Of a DNA stretch of 64,000 nt, positions 43,330-54,239 are shown one piece after another (the stretch's first letter is position 1; each line of letters begins with the position of its first letter). Origin of the DNA: a virus (Duplodnaviria > Caudoviricetes). Both the position numbers and the translations under genes were made by a program. The stretch covers positions 96,001 through 160,000 of IMG/VR virus record IMGVR_UViG_3300044856_000241. One strand, written 5' to 3'. Under the pieces are notes generated by a model. The model had not been told where the DNA came from. It saw only the letters and a list, made by a program, of their open reading frames with translations, and searched no databases.

Positions 43330-43727
43330 TGCGTCTCTCCTTTCTTGATTACAATATAACTTAAATGCATATTTTTGTCAAGAAAAAGTTTTGCATCACT
43401 TCAACCGCTTGTCAATTTCCATACGTTTACGTCTCCGTTTGCGTTGTCGACGCAGTTCTCTTCTATACTCTTTCCCCGCAAGCCGTCTATATTCATCTCT
43501 ATGATTATCCCATGCATCCCGAAACTCCGGATCAGATTCTCTGCGTTTCTGAATTTCTTCTTCTACATTTACCTTTACAAATGGCATTGTATCACTTCCT
43601 TTCCTGTTATTCTCAGCTATATAATATGTAGGTGCAGCCATACCTTTACGTTCCGTCAAAGGTACATTTTCCTTTTCAATCTCGATTGCCTGCGTCAGAC
43701 TACGCATTGTGTCATTGAAAAATTCAC

Positions 43728-44072
43728 TCATTTGCCTAACGCCCACCTCACAAATTCCTGATATCTTATATCATCTTTCGCTTTAAATTCGCTAATCAGA
43801 TGAAGTTCATTACAACATAAATCCCATAACCAGTCTTCAACTTCTGTGTTTCCGTCAGAATCATTGTACCAATCATCAATTAACAATTCAATCAACCGCT
43901 GGATGACTTCTGTAACAACTCCCTTTACCTTTGAATATTCGTAATCTGACCAGTAATCAAACGCATTACATGCAATTTCTTTCTGTGAAAAGTTCCCTTT
44001 CCAGTTTTCGTTTCCATACACAGCAATGTCATAGAAATCCGCATACTCCATTTGCCTACACCTCACTTCCAT
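43728..44072 (-). CDS. hypothetical protein
   Basis: ORF in block. Confidence 0.55.
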   Translation of the reverse strand: MEVRCRQMEYADFYDIAVYGNENWKGNFSQKEIACNAFDYWSDYEYSKVKGVVTEVIQRLIELLIDDWYNDSDGNTEVEDWLWDLCCNELHLISEFKAKDDIRYQEFVRWALGK

Positions 44073-44170
44073 TTTCTAATAAGTATTCCCAGTATTCAGT
44101 TTCGCTTGGGAATAACATGTACTTTCCCTTTACATATCCCATGTACCCGTTTGGTACATCAAATCCCTTT

Positions 44171-44440
44171 TTAATCATCCAGTAACACCTCCCTTGACAC
44201 CAGACCAACTCCACCAGCTAATAGGAAGAATACTCCGACTGTTGCTAAGTGACACAGGAAGAACACCAGACCAACTGCAATGATTGCCATTGCAATTCTA
44301 CGCTGTTTCCGTAACTTTGCCTGACGTTTTGCTTTCCGTTTTGGCACATTCGGATTGATCACATGCAGTTTTCTTTCTGGTGAAATCACTTCAATCTGTT
44401 TTGCGTTGTTACCGTTTACTGTTGCATTTGCGTTTTCCAT
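44171..44440 (-). CDS. membrane protein
   Basis: basic stretch then two TM helices. Confidence 0.6.
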   Translation of the reverse strand: MENANATVNGNNAKQIEVISPERKLHVINPNVPKRKAKRQAKLRKQRRIAMAIIAVGLVFFLCHLATVGVFFLLAGGVGLVSREVLLDD

Positions 44441-44476
44441 TGCTTTATCCTCTCTTTCTTTTACATTTGCCTATAT

Positions 44477-44809
44477 TTATCTATTCTCTTCGATTGTGTA
44501 CACATTTCCATCTTTTGTGATGATCTCATTTCCGTTTGCGGATTCGATTTCATCAAAACTCACATACTGTTTGCGTTCTGCCGGATAGATACTTTCGCTT
44601 TTATAAGCATAGATTTCCGTTCCGTCAGACAAAAACATTGCTAGTTCCGAACCATCTGTGTTCCAATCTGTGATTGTCAGATTGGATTTGCAGTAATTGT
44701 CTGCCCAGTTTGCGTTGTTTCTGCCAATTAAAAAAGCACCCATTACGAGTGCTACTGTTACGATGCCGTATAAGATTTTCTTTTTCATTTTGTGTTCCCT
44801 TTCTAACAT
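44477..44809 (-). CDS. exported/membrane-anchored protein
   Basis: MKKKILYGIVTVALVMGAF signal-like segment. Confidence 0.6.
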   Translation of the reverse strand: MLEREHKMKKKILYGIVTVALVMGAFLIGRNNANWADNYCKSNLTITDWNTDGSELAMFLSDGTEIYAYKSESIYPAERKQYVSFDEIESANGNEIITKDGNVYTIEENR

Positions 44810-45808
44810 GCTATAAACTCTAAACTACAAAGACATTCATTTGTCTTTCGCATTTCTAATGCCTTTTCCAGTGCATAACGGTAACATTCATTCCCAGTAT
44901 TGAAAAAGTTATCACCGTCAAATTCTATTTTACGTTTTACGGACTTGATGGAACTATTGCAGTCCATATTTTCATATCTCGCTTCAAATAGCCACATTAC
45001 TTTGCGTTTCCCTCCTGTTATATTTACCTTTCTATGTCGTTTCTAGTTTATTTGCCTAAAATTTAGGCAAAAGTTAAAGTTCCTTCCAACTGGTTTCCGT
45101 TCCATAGTGAAACAATCTCCGGTCGATTCCGTAATAACCAAATGATACAACGCAGTCCACCTGTTGCGATTGGTCTGCCTTCAGATGTAAAAATCGCAGT
45201 GCGATCATTGTGATCTGGGCGCATTGTGTATGTCTGGTTTGCGTTGTTGCGGGTTGTGAATGTGAAGTATTCTCTTTTCATGACGCATTTTTCCTTTCTG
45301 TTTGATTTGCGTTTAATACAGTGAATTTATCATTTTGAGATATTTCGCGATCTCTTTTCTGCATTTATCAACTTCTTCCAGATCTAATAATGATATTGTT
45401 TGCATTAGGTATAATCTCCCTTCTTTTTATAGAATATTCTCTGCGTTATTGCGAAAACTATTCTGTTTTTGGGTATAAAAATAGCACCTACTGTTTGTAG
45501 ATGCTATGGTTTACATTTTATTCTGCCAGTTCAAAAGTTCCTTCTTGATCTGCGTTTGCAATCCAGCGGTCAAAGTCCACCTGAGTTACCTTTTGTCCGG
45601 ACGCTGTATGTCCGCCAACTGTAACGCTACCCCAATCACCTGTATTTCTAGCGATTGTGTACATAGTTGCGTTTTTGAATAAGTAGATGAAGTTGTCATC
45701 TGCATAGTATTTGCCTGTGATTTTCATAGTTTCTCTTCTCCTTTTTCTGTTTTTTTCTTTGTGAAATTTAAAAATAGCACCCTACTTTGCGTTGGGTGCT
45801 ATTTATGG

Positions 45809-46072
45809 TTACATGTTATTTAGTTTTTTTTGTAATGCATCAATTTGCGCTTGAATTTTTGCACGTTCTTCTTCCTTTTCATCTACCCACTCCATTATAT
45901 CTCCAGGCTGAACGTTTAAATATTCGCACACTTTATCCAAAGTGTCAGTTGACACATTTTTATTTTGTGAAAATTTTTGTGGTGTATTTACTGAAATACC
46001 AGCTTCGCACAAATCCTTCCAATTCATATTGCGCTCTTTTAGAAGGTTCGCGAGTTTATAATATACAATCAT
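45809..46072 (-). CDS. XRE/Cro-C1 HTH regulator (candidate repressor)
   Basis: MIVYYKL..LLKER...VSTDTLDKVCEYLNVQPGDIME. Confidence 0.85.
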   Translation of the reverse strand: MIVYYKLANLLKERNMNWKDLCEAGISVNTPQKFSQNKNVSTDTLDKVCEYLNVQPGDIMEWVDEKEEERAKIQAQIDALQKKLNNM

Positions 46073-46178
46073 CCAGTTATCGCCTCCTCTTTTTTTATAA
46101 ATCTATCACATTAATTTGTGATTGTCAATTAGTACATACTACAAAAGGGCGGATTAATCCGCCCCTAAATACTGTGTA

Positions 46179-46331
46179 CTAATCCTGTAATGATGCATTA
46201 ATCCGTGTGATGTTATCCTGAAATTTTTTCTTAAGCTTTTCATGCTCGCCATTCTCAAGAAGTTCCAGATAGTCCTCATACATCATTAACTCTTTTCTAA
46301 GATCATCCTTGAACTGGATATCAGTTGGCAT
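46179..46331 (-). CDS. small hypothetical protein (50 aa, not in ORF track)
   Basis: MPTDIQFKDDLRKEL...; own TTGTAA-17-TATAAT promoter and hairpin. Confidence 0.55.
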   Translation of the reverse strand: MPTDIQFKDDLRKELMMYEDYLELLENGEHEKLKKKFQDNITRINASLQD

Positions 46332-46398
46332 ATGTTCCATCCTTCCCACCGCCTTTTTTATTTAATTATAGCGGATTTATTGCGTGTTTACAAGTTAC

Positions 46399-46989
46399 TT
46401 ATTTAATATACATATCACAGAAAACAGCCATGAACAATTTATTAAATGCCTGTTTGCTGATTGATGTATGCATAACACCATCGTTTACAATCTTTTTACT
46501 GGTAGCGTATCTTGCACCAAACATGTCAGACATATTCTCTGCAAGTTTGCTAATCTGACCCTGTGTGCAATCTTCAATACCAAGATTTTCTAAGAACAGT
46601 TTAATAGCTGTGAGAAAATCTCCGCGTTTATGCTCGTCAATCTTTTTAACGTATGCGGTGTGCATAGTTTCTGGCACAAACGCATAAGTATCTTTCATGC
46701 TTTTATTGAATGGCTCAACAATAGCCTTGTGCTGTGCTTCACATTTACGGATGGCATTGTCAATTTCTGTGCGTGGGAATTTCTGTGCTACTTCATCGAC
46801 AGACATACCCTGTTTAATGTCGTTGTCTCGGTTCGCAAGGATAGACTCTAACTGAGCCTTTAGTGGTTTTAATTCTGCTTTAAATCGCAAATCCTCTTTT
46901 GCGATTTCAAGTGCGGACTCTTTGAAAATCCGTAACTGCTCTTTTGCTGTTTCGCTAATTTTTGTGAAATTAATCTGATTTCTTGCCAT
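46399..46989 (-). CDS. first gene of the leftward early arm, helical hypothetical protein
   Basis: 196 aa ORF with SD GGAG. Confidence 0.7.
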   Translation of the reverse strand: MARNQINFTKISETAKEQLRIFKESALEIAKEDLRFKAELKPLKAQLESILANRDNDIKQGMSVDEVAQKFPRTEIDNAIRKCEAQHKAIVEPFNKSMKDTYAFVPETMHTAYVKKIDEHKRGDFLTAIKLFLENLGIEDCTQGQISKLAENMSDMFGARYATSKKIVNDGVMHTSISKQAFNKLFMAVFCDMYIK

Positions 46990-47633
46990 AATATGCTCCT
47001 GTTCTCTGCATCTTTTAAATTTTGCGGGAATTTATGCAGTCCGCTTTTATTTTTTATTTTTTTGTTATTAGTGTTATACACACTATAAAGGACTAGAAAT
47101 CGTTTTTAGATAGACTTCTAGCCCTCAAACTATGTATAACTTTTAGATCTGAATAAACTACACCTGTAATTTCACCTCCTTGTTGGGTATTTATCCAGTT
47201 TTTAAGTCTGTGAAGGATTCCCACCTTTGCACTAGCCTGTCGCACTCTGTCACCTATCATGTCAATCATTGTTTGCAGTAGTTTCTTTGCAGACTTTCTG
47301 CGTATAACTGACCCTGAATTGCTTACTACTATTACCATAGTTCGCATTGAGCTTTGACCGTAGACCCATTGTTTCCAATGTCCGACGTCACCGCCGTACT
47401 CTTTCGAGATTTATAGTTTTCTGACAAAACTATCAAAATATTCAGTTGTCAATGTGCTAACTGCAAATGCGTGGGTGCAATACCCGACATCCTAATAAAA
47501 GTGTTATGCAGTTCAAAAAATGTGGACTTTTTCACTGAATTGTGATAGAATAAAGACTGGAAGGTACTTTATTCTATAAAGTCCTCGTTGTGTGGGTGTT
47601 GGTAGCACCTGCACAACTTTTTTTGTTGTGATA

Positions 47634-47791
47634 ACTATATCACACTATCTTGTGGTTGTCAACACTTTTTTGTGATTGTTTTGAACTTCCAGACCTAACA
47701 AAGAGGCTCGTTTTACAGGTTATTCAAATCACTATTTTGTTGTCGTCCTTTTGACGTGTTTTATATTATCACACTATTATTGTATTGTCAA
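47634..47791 (-). promoter_or_regulatory. two tandem sigma-A promoters driving the leftward arm
   Basis: minus TTGACA at 47657-47662 and 47786-47791, each with 17-bp spacer containing ATCACA operator half-site. Confidence 0.65.
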
Positions 47792-47936
47792 CATAAAATT
47801 GTTATTTTTTACGATATTCTTTTGTGCTATCCTATATATAACAAAAATACCACTTCCAGAAAGTATTTTCTAACTATAATTCAGTCTACTAAACAATAGT
47901 TGTATTTCACTAACAGTTTTCCGGCTCTGAATAAAT

Positions 47937-47988
47937 CGAACACATGTTTGTATCTTGTATTGTACTACTATTAGCGAACGTATGTTCG
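47937..47988. promoter_or_regulatory. two LexA (SOS) boxes
   Basis: CGAACacatGTTTG 47937-47950; CGAACgtatGTTCG 47975-47988. Confidence 0.75.
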
Positions 47989-48461
47989 GTAGGGGCACTT
48001 AAAACTAAAAATATCATTTTATTTTTTCAAAAACGCTAAAGCTGATTCACCTACACACACACTCCAATTTAAAACCACCCACAAAAATACCCTCTCACCT
48101 CTCCATCCCCTCAATCCCAGTCCACACCTACCTTTCACCCAAATTACACTCTTCTAACCACTTATCGTACCCTTTATCGTAAATCTCCAGTAAATTCCTA
48201 CTTTCCACTCCTCTCACGCCCAAAAAATTTCCACCCTCTCACACTAATTTCCAGTAACCAAAATACCACTTCTTCCTTATATAATAAGGCTTTTTCACGA
48301 TTCCACATTTTTGATCAAAAATCATAAAAATTTATCCCAATATCCTCACTCTCTCATCTCCAAATTCCAAATCATAAAACTCATCACTCCAGCAAGAGAA
48401 TATATAAGGTAGAAAATAATAAAACATCAACTACAAAACAATCACAAAGGAGAACAAAAAC

Positions 48462-48650
48462 ATGGCAAAATTATCAATTATACCACAGCAATTTTCATTC
48501 AACACACCGACTATTACAGATGCAAAAGGAGACACCATCCGACCAGGATTAGACGTAACAATACGTGTAGATGTTTATAAAGCAGATAAAGAGCAATTAA
48601 AAAAGGACTTAGCAGCTATTTTTGCTGAAGTCCTTGAATACTTTGATTAA
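48462..48650 (+). CDS. hypothetical protein
   Basis: SD AAGGAG. Confidence 0.6.
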   Translation: MAKLSIIPQQFSFNTPTITDAKGDTIRPGLDVTIRVDVYKADKEQLKKDLAAIFAEVLEYFD

Positions 48651-49164
48651 TTTTATTTAATATTTTAACTGGATCTATTCCGTTGTTTTCTGTTTCTATT
48701 TGTCCTTCTATAAACTTATAATTTATATGACAAATTTTTTTAATAACTTTACCCATTGCCCTGTATGTTATAGCAACATCAAATTTTTCTAATGGTACAC
48801 TTTCCATAGATAATTTACAAAATACATTGGTATATGATTGTCCTGGTGCAATAGATAAATCAGAATAATAATCAAATGGATTATTTATAATGTCATCTTT
48901 TGGAATTGGTGGATTAATTTGTATCTCCATAATAGTAGCTGATGTGTTCCCAAAATTTTGAATTTTAATTCTTGGAACAGGATCACCATAAAATTTAAAA
49001 GGAAATACTTCTATTTGAGCCATATTACTTTCTTTTATTATTTTCGAATTCTGCCGTAACGAAACAACCGAAATAATGATTGAAATAATACCTGTTGTTA
49101 ATGCTACAATAATTCCAATAATTTGAATTATATCCGATGTACTAAGTTTCATAACTACCTCCAA
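48616..49164 (-). CDS. membrane-anchored protein (moron-like, opposite strand)
   Basis: N-terminal TM helix; very AT-rich. Confidence 0.65.
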   Translation of the reverse strand: MEVVMKLSTSDIIQIIGIIVALTTGIISIIISVVSLRQNSKIIKESNMAQIEVFPFKFYGDPVPRIKIQNFGNTSATIMEIQINPPIPKDDIINNPFDYYSDLSIAPGQSYTNVFCKLSMESVPLEKFDVAITYRAMGKVIKKICHINYKFIEGQIETENNGIDPVKILNKINQSIQGLQQK

Positions 49165-49672
49165 GTATTTTTATAATTATTTTAACACATTATTTACCAT
49201 TTTTTGTACTTAATTTATCATAGAAATAAAATAATCAAATCAAATAAACCACCTCATAAAAGACATCCATAATCACATGGGTGTCTTTTTTATTCTATAT
49301 TCTTACCTTCCACACCATCTCCAAAATCAATCATTTACAAAAAACACCATTCCAGAGAGTAAATCAAGTTCATAATCTCTTACCCTACCAACTTATCCTC
49401 TGATCAATAAAAATTGAAATTTGCTCTCTCAACTCATTTAAACTCTCCAAACAGCACTTTTAAAATTATCTCCACTCCGTATCCTGAAACAAAACTTTCT
49501 TATCCGGTGCTACCGGATAAATAAATAACCTATTACAACCAACAGGTAGATAGATTGGGGGCTACTTTTAAACTTCACACAAATCCATGGAGAATACTAA
49601 TGTAGGAACCAGTATATACGACAAAATATTTTTACGGCAATAAATTACTCTTGCTGCCAGAAGGAGGAAATC

Positions 49673-49903
49673 ATGAACAAACCAGAACATGCACACTGGG
49701 AACCTGTACATTTAACTAGATCTATGTCGCCTAGAACAAAACGTGAATTTAACAACACCCGCCTCGATGAATTGAATGAGTTAAATAAAATCCCTGACCA
49801 ATTAGCAAAGAAAGCTATAGATAGAATGGATTGGCATATATATTGTTACCTATGTGCTAATTTGTTCAACCAAAGATTATATTACAAAGGAGACAATGAA
49901 TAA
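49673..49903 (+). CDS. hypothetical protein
   Basis: SD AAGGAGG. Confidence 0.6.
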   Translation: MNKPEHAHWEPVHLTRSMSPRTKREFNNTRLDELNELNKIPDQLAKKAIDRMDWHIYCYLCANLFNQRLYYKGDNE

Positions 49904-50361
49904 TGTTATTCAGAAAGAAAAACAAAAACACTAACTTACAAAATATACCAACACAGAATAATGTATTCATTTTTATCTACAAAGGAATCGGAGAAGATCT
50001 AATGGAGACTGACACGATCGTAGCAAAATATGAACATGAGGCTATTGAGCAATTTAAAACCAAACATCCGAATAATGAATTATTTGCATACAAATATGAT
50101 TTTGTTGATCCGGATACCGGTAATATATATACATTCAGAAAAAATTGGGAATATGCAGAATATTTGTATCGAATATACGGATCAAAAACTATTAAATCCA
50201 TCAAGCAAACTGTAGATAAGAAGCAACATGAATCAGACTCAGATATCAATCTTAAACCACTCTATTATAAAGAGAATGGTGATTACCACAAGACAGGATT
50301 ATATGTTGACCCGTCTAAATTACATGAACTGTTTTCTAATCTTACAAAAGAGACAGACTGA
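49903..50361 (+). CDS. hypothetical protein
   Basis: SD AAGGAG. Confidence 0.6.
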   Translation: MLFRKKNKNTNLQNIPTQNNVFIFIYKGIGEDLMETDTIVAKYEHEAIEQFKTKHPNNELFAYKYDFVDPDTGNIYTFRKNWEYAEYLYRIYGSKTIKSIKQTVDKKQHESDSDINLKPLYYKENGDYHKTGLYVDPSKLHELFSNLTKETD

Positions 50362-50677
50362 GCCAAAATCTAAATATGTTATCTAGGGATTTATTTTAAG
50401 AAAATGATACCAAATCCTCTTTAGAATGAATTAGATGGTAACTTATTCACCTAAGAATAAAAAATCCATTATTGGTCTGTGGATGTAATTTTAATGAAGT
50501 ATATATGAGGAGAGATTTTTAACGTATGTAATAAAAACATTTTTTAGAACTGTTTTATTCTGAGAGAATAATTATAATATGATACACGCTACTTTGAGAT
50601 GAATCAAAATTGAGATGAATAAATAAAACAAAAAAAAAGAAAAGTAACACTCTGAAAGGAGTGTTATTAAACTCATT

Positions 50678-50782
50678 GTAATTGAATTATCATAGTAATT
50701 GAATTATCTATAAAAAGTGACAGATTTTTGTCACTTTTTTCCGTCACACTCTAGGATAGCGTGACAAAAACTTGTCACTTTT
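50678..50782. repeat. cluster of GTGAC/GTCAC inverted repeats and a GTAATTGAATTATC direct repeat
   Basis: AAAAGTGACA..TGTCACTTTT 50713-50738; GTCAC 50743; GTGACAA..TTGTCAC 50761-50778. Confidence 0.6.
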
Positions 50783-50863
50783 TACATAATGGTGTTTTTA
50801 TCTCCTTATATTATCTGGTCAAAATCTATCTGTACCTAAAGAGAATATAAAAAATGGAAGGAA

Positions 50864-51817
50864 GTGATAAAAATTCAAATCTGGCTAAATGAGGAAATTT
50901 ACAAATCATCATCTATTACAATGTACGGACTTGCTGCGTATTGTGCTATAAAATCATTGTTGTTTACTGAGGAACATAAAGAAATATGCATCACCACAGA
51001 ATTACTCTCCTATCAGCTCTCAAAAAGTCTCCATACTAAGCGCAGGTTTCTGGAGAATATTGAAACGGGATATGGCGAATTGATTGATCAACTTTTTATA
51101 AAAGAAATAGATGTGAAGTCAAAATACCGCGTGATTGACTGCTCTAAGTTATTTATCAACGGTGATAATGATTATTTTACAATTGTTACTTATGAAGAAA
51201 TTCTAAAAATATTTCATATTAAATCCGTCAATAGCTTTGTTTTATTAAGATACTTTGTGTTCCTGATAGGAACAATCTCTTCTTCTATCGATGTTTGGTT
51301 AGATGCATTTCAGCATAAATGTCGTGTGGTTGGGAATCTTACAATTCCATACTTATCTCAAATATCTGGTATTTCAGAGAAATCCATTAATGAGTACAAC
51401 AAAATATTGGAGAACGCTGGACTTATTTATATCAACCGTCCAAACGACATTATTATTAATGAATCATCCGGCGAGATTAAGAGAATGACTAATATATATG
51501 GTCGCCCAGCGGACAAATTATATATTGATGCTTTCGCTGCTAATCAGAAAAAATACGAAAAATCTTACAGGTACGTGGAGAACAATCTTAATAAGGCTAA
51601 TTCGAAACGCCGGTTGGCACAAATATATATTCAGCTTCAGCGAGGTAATGATCAGAAATATACAATTGCAGAAATTAAAAGTGTATTTGCGTATGTACTC
51701 GCGGAGAATAAAAAATATGAAGCACTATATGAAAAAAATCATGACGATCGGTGTCTGGATAAGATCCGTGATACTGATGTATTTAAAAAATATGATTTTT
51801 ATGAGGAGAATATATAA
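50864..51817 (+). CDS. HTH-containing protein, possible replication initiator
   Basis: TIPYLSQISGISEKSINEYNKILENAGLIYI winged-helix-like segment. Confidence 0.5.
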   Translation: MIKIQIWLNEEIYKSSSITMYGLAAYCAIKSLLFTEEHKEICITTELLSYQLSKSLHTKRRFLENIETGYGELIDQLFIKEIDVKSKYRVIDCSKLFINGDNDYFTIVTYEEILKIFHIKSVNSFVLLRYFVFLIGTISSSIDVWLDAFQHKCRVVGNLTIPYLSQISGISEKSINEYNKILENAGLIYINRPNDIIINESSGEIKRMTNIYGRPADKLYIDAFAANQKKYEKSYRYVENNLNKANSKRRLAQIYIQLQRGNDQKYTIAEIKSVFAYVLAENKKYEALYEKNHDDRCLDKIRDTDVFKKYDFYEENI

Positions 51818-51886
51818 ATATATCACTTCACATACTCTTACAAAATTATGTAACTTAAAAAATTTTTAATTTAGGAAAGGACAGAA

Positions 51887-52930
51887 ATGCAACAGATTAA
51901 TATTAATGAACTAAAACCTCATCCGCGTAATAATGAATTTTTTGATGATATGATGGGTGATGCTTGGGATGCGTTTAAGGAGTCTATTGAAACATCTGGA
52001 ATTATTGAGCCAATTGTAGTAACTAAAGATATGATTATTGTCTCTGGGCATCAAAGAGTCCGTGCTGCAAAAGAACTTGGGTTAGTTTCTGTAATGATAG
52101 ATATTAGGAAGTATGACAGCGAAGATAATATATTAAAAGATCTTATAGAAACAAATATTCGACAAAGAGGTATTGGAAATCCAAATCCCATAAAACTTGG
52201 TAGATGTATTAAGGAATTAGAACGTATATATGGAATACATCAAGGAAATGGTTCAAATCAGTATGAGCAAAATCCGAAAGTTTCGGATAAAGCAACTGTT
52301 AATCAATCAGATATTGCTAAAATGGTTGGTATTTCAGTTGATACACTTAATAATTATAAAAAACTTACAGAACTTATCCCAGAGTTAGAAGATCTTGTAG
52401 AAACAGGTATGGTAGCACCAACTACCGCAGCAGCCATTGTAAAATATATGTCCCCTGAAGAACAGGAAGAATTCATTACCTCTATGGATACAACGAAGAG
52501 AATTACTAAGAAGGAAGTACAGAAATATATTGATGAAATTAATTATCTCAAAGCTAACCCTATTGTAGAAAAAGTTGTTGAAAAACCAGACGACTACGAC
52601 AAAACCAAAAAAGATTTGCAGAATTATAAAAAAGAATATTCTAATCTTGAAGCACAGTACAAAAACAAAGTATCAGAACTTCAAGATTTGCGAAAGCAAG
52701 TGGAGAATATGAAAGAAACGGAATCAACTGAGCAATATAATAAAAAATTAAAAGATTCTACTATCTTTTTCTGTTCAAAAGTAGCTTCTTTTATTGAACA
52801 AGTCGGTGGTTATGTTTGGTTGGCGGATCATCTGAATGAATTACCAGATTATGAAAAAAAGTCCTATGTTAGTGCAGTTAATGCTGTATATGCATGGGCA
52901 GAAACTTTATTAAATAATATTAATAATTAA
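51887..52930 (+). CDS. ParB/Srx N-terminal domain protein with HTH and coiled coil
   Basis: LKPHPRN, GIIEPIVV, IVSGHQRVRA, LIETNIRQR. Confidence 0.85.
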   Translation: MQQININELKPHPRNNEFFDDMMGDAWDAFKESIETSGIIEPIVVTKDMIIVSGHQRVRAAKELGLVSVMIDIRKYDSEDNILKDLIETNIRQRGIGNPNPIKLGRCIKELERIYGIHQGNGSNQYEQNPKVSDKATVNQSDIAKMVGISVDTLNNYKKLTELIPELEDLVETGMVAPTTAAAIVKYMSPEEQEEFITSMDTTKRITKKEVQKYIDEINYLKANPIVEKVVEKPDDYDKTKKDLQNYKKEYSNLEAQYKNKVSELQDLRKQVENMKETESTEQYNKKLKDSTIFFCSKVASFIEQVGGYVWLADHLNELPDYEKKSYVSAVNAVYAWAETLLNNINN

Positions 52931-52951
52931 AATTACGGAGGAAGTATTTTT

Positions 52952-53449
52952 ATGAACGATTTAACAGGAACAATGAATGAAAATTTTGATATGCAGCAGT
53001 TAATGAATATCACAGGACAGATTGGTATGAATGTAAACAATATTAGCAAACAGGTTGGTATTGTAACAACTGCTGTTGCCAATATTCGCACAGATGTAAA
53101 TCAGCTTACTGATCGCATGGATCAGCTTGAATTAAAAGAAGAAGTTACAACCGAACAGGCGGCGACAATTAATAGAACTATTCATAGAAGAGTATATGAA
53201 ATTCTTGGTGATAATAAAGATGATTTGGCAAAATATACGAAAATTTTTAGTCAACGTCTTTACACAGACGCAAGAAGAAACGCTGGACTTGGTAATACAT
53301 ATCACGCAACTAAGAAAGAAAACTTCCAAAGAGTGCTCGATTATGCAGAATCTTGGACTCCTTCTGGTGGAATTTTAAAATTAAAAGAAAGAGCCGATAG
53401 AATGGCTGAAGCTAGAAGAAAAGCAAAGGAACAAGGATACGACAAATAA
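52952..53449 (+). CDS. ORF6C-domain-like phage protein
   Basis: coiled coil then TTEQAATI...RV...TY...K.ENFQRVL.YAESW.P. Confidence 0.5.
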   Translation: MNDLTGTMNENFDMQQLMNITGQIGMNVNNISKQVGIVTTAVANIRTDVNQLTDRMDQLELKEEVTTEQAATINRTIHRRVYEILGDNKDDLAKYTKIFSQRLYTDARRNAGLGNTYHATKKENFQRVLDYAESWTPSGGILKLKERADRMAEARRKAKEQGYDK

Positions 53450-53879
53450 TTTTATTTACATAATGCTTATGACACATATTTTGTGTCATAAGCAAATAAT
53501 CTAATTTTCAATTCTATTAAATCTATATAAACCCACTTTTTCATTGTAACTCATAACAACAGCACCTATATAAAGGAGTGAACGCTATGACAGAAAAATT
53601 ATTAAACATCAAAGGAGAACTAACTATTGGAGACAAAAAACAAAACAGTAAAAATTGTATCAAGAAACCATAAATATGCAAATACATGGGGAGGAAGTAT
53701 CTGGGAAGGTGATTTTTGCACATCTTCACCGCAAGAATGTACTGTAGATAAAATCATAAATGCTTGGAACTTTGATAAACAATGTAAGAAAAATTTGAAA
53801 AAACGAGCAATGACATATGGTTATGATCTCAAATAGACAGAGAATGTATAAATATAAAGTATTTTAGGAGAACAAAATT

Positions 53880-54239
53880 ATGAAATATGTAGTAAAAGGC
53901 ACCACAATGGAGATCAAACTGCCACGAAGCATTGGATACAAAGGATATTCAGTTGAATGTACATACAAACCGGCAGATGAAGAAGATAAATATTGGTTAT
54001 CCATGTGGCTAAAACGTTCTGATATTGATGATAAATTCAAAATCGACAGTCAAGAAATTGATACTCAACTTATCTCCGGGACAAAAGAAAACATCAGAAA
54101 CAACATTTGCTCTATTGTTGAGTATGCTTGTAGATCAGGATTTTTTGCAGAATATATTCAGAGATTCAAATATACATATGAGTGCTTTGCAAAAGGCAAT
54201 GAGATTCTGGAAAGTGAGCGTCTTGATGACAAAGACTGA
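53880..54239 (+). CDS. hypothetical protein
   Basis: SD AGGAG. Confidence 0.6.
   Translation: MKYVVKGTTMEIKLPRSIGYKGYSVECTYKPADEEDKYWLSMWLKRSDIDDKFKIDSQEIDTQLISGTKENIRNNICSIVEYACRSGFFAEYIQRFKYTYECFAKGNEILESERLDDKD

Noticed and set aside
47093-47347. 84-aa ORF in the early leader
   Set aside because: No clear SD and atypical composition; region treated as probably non-coding
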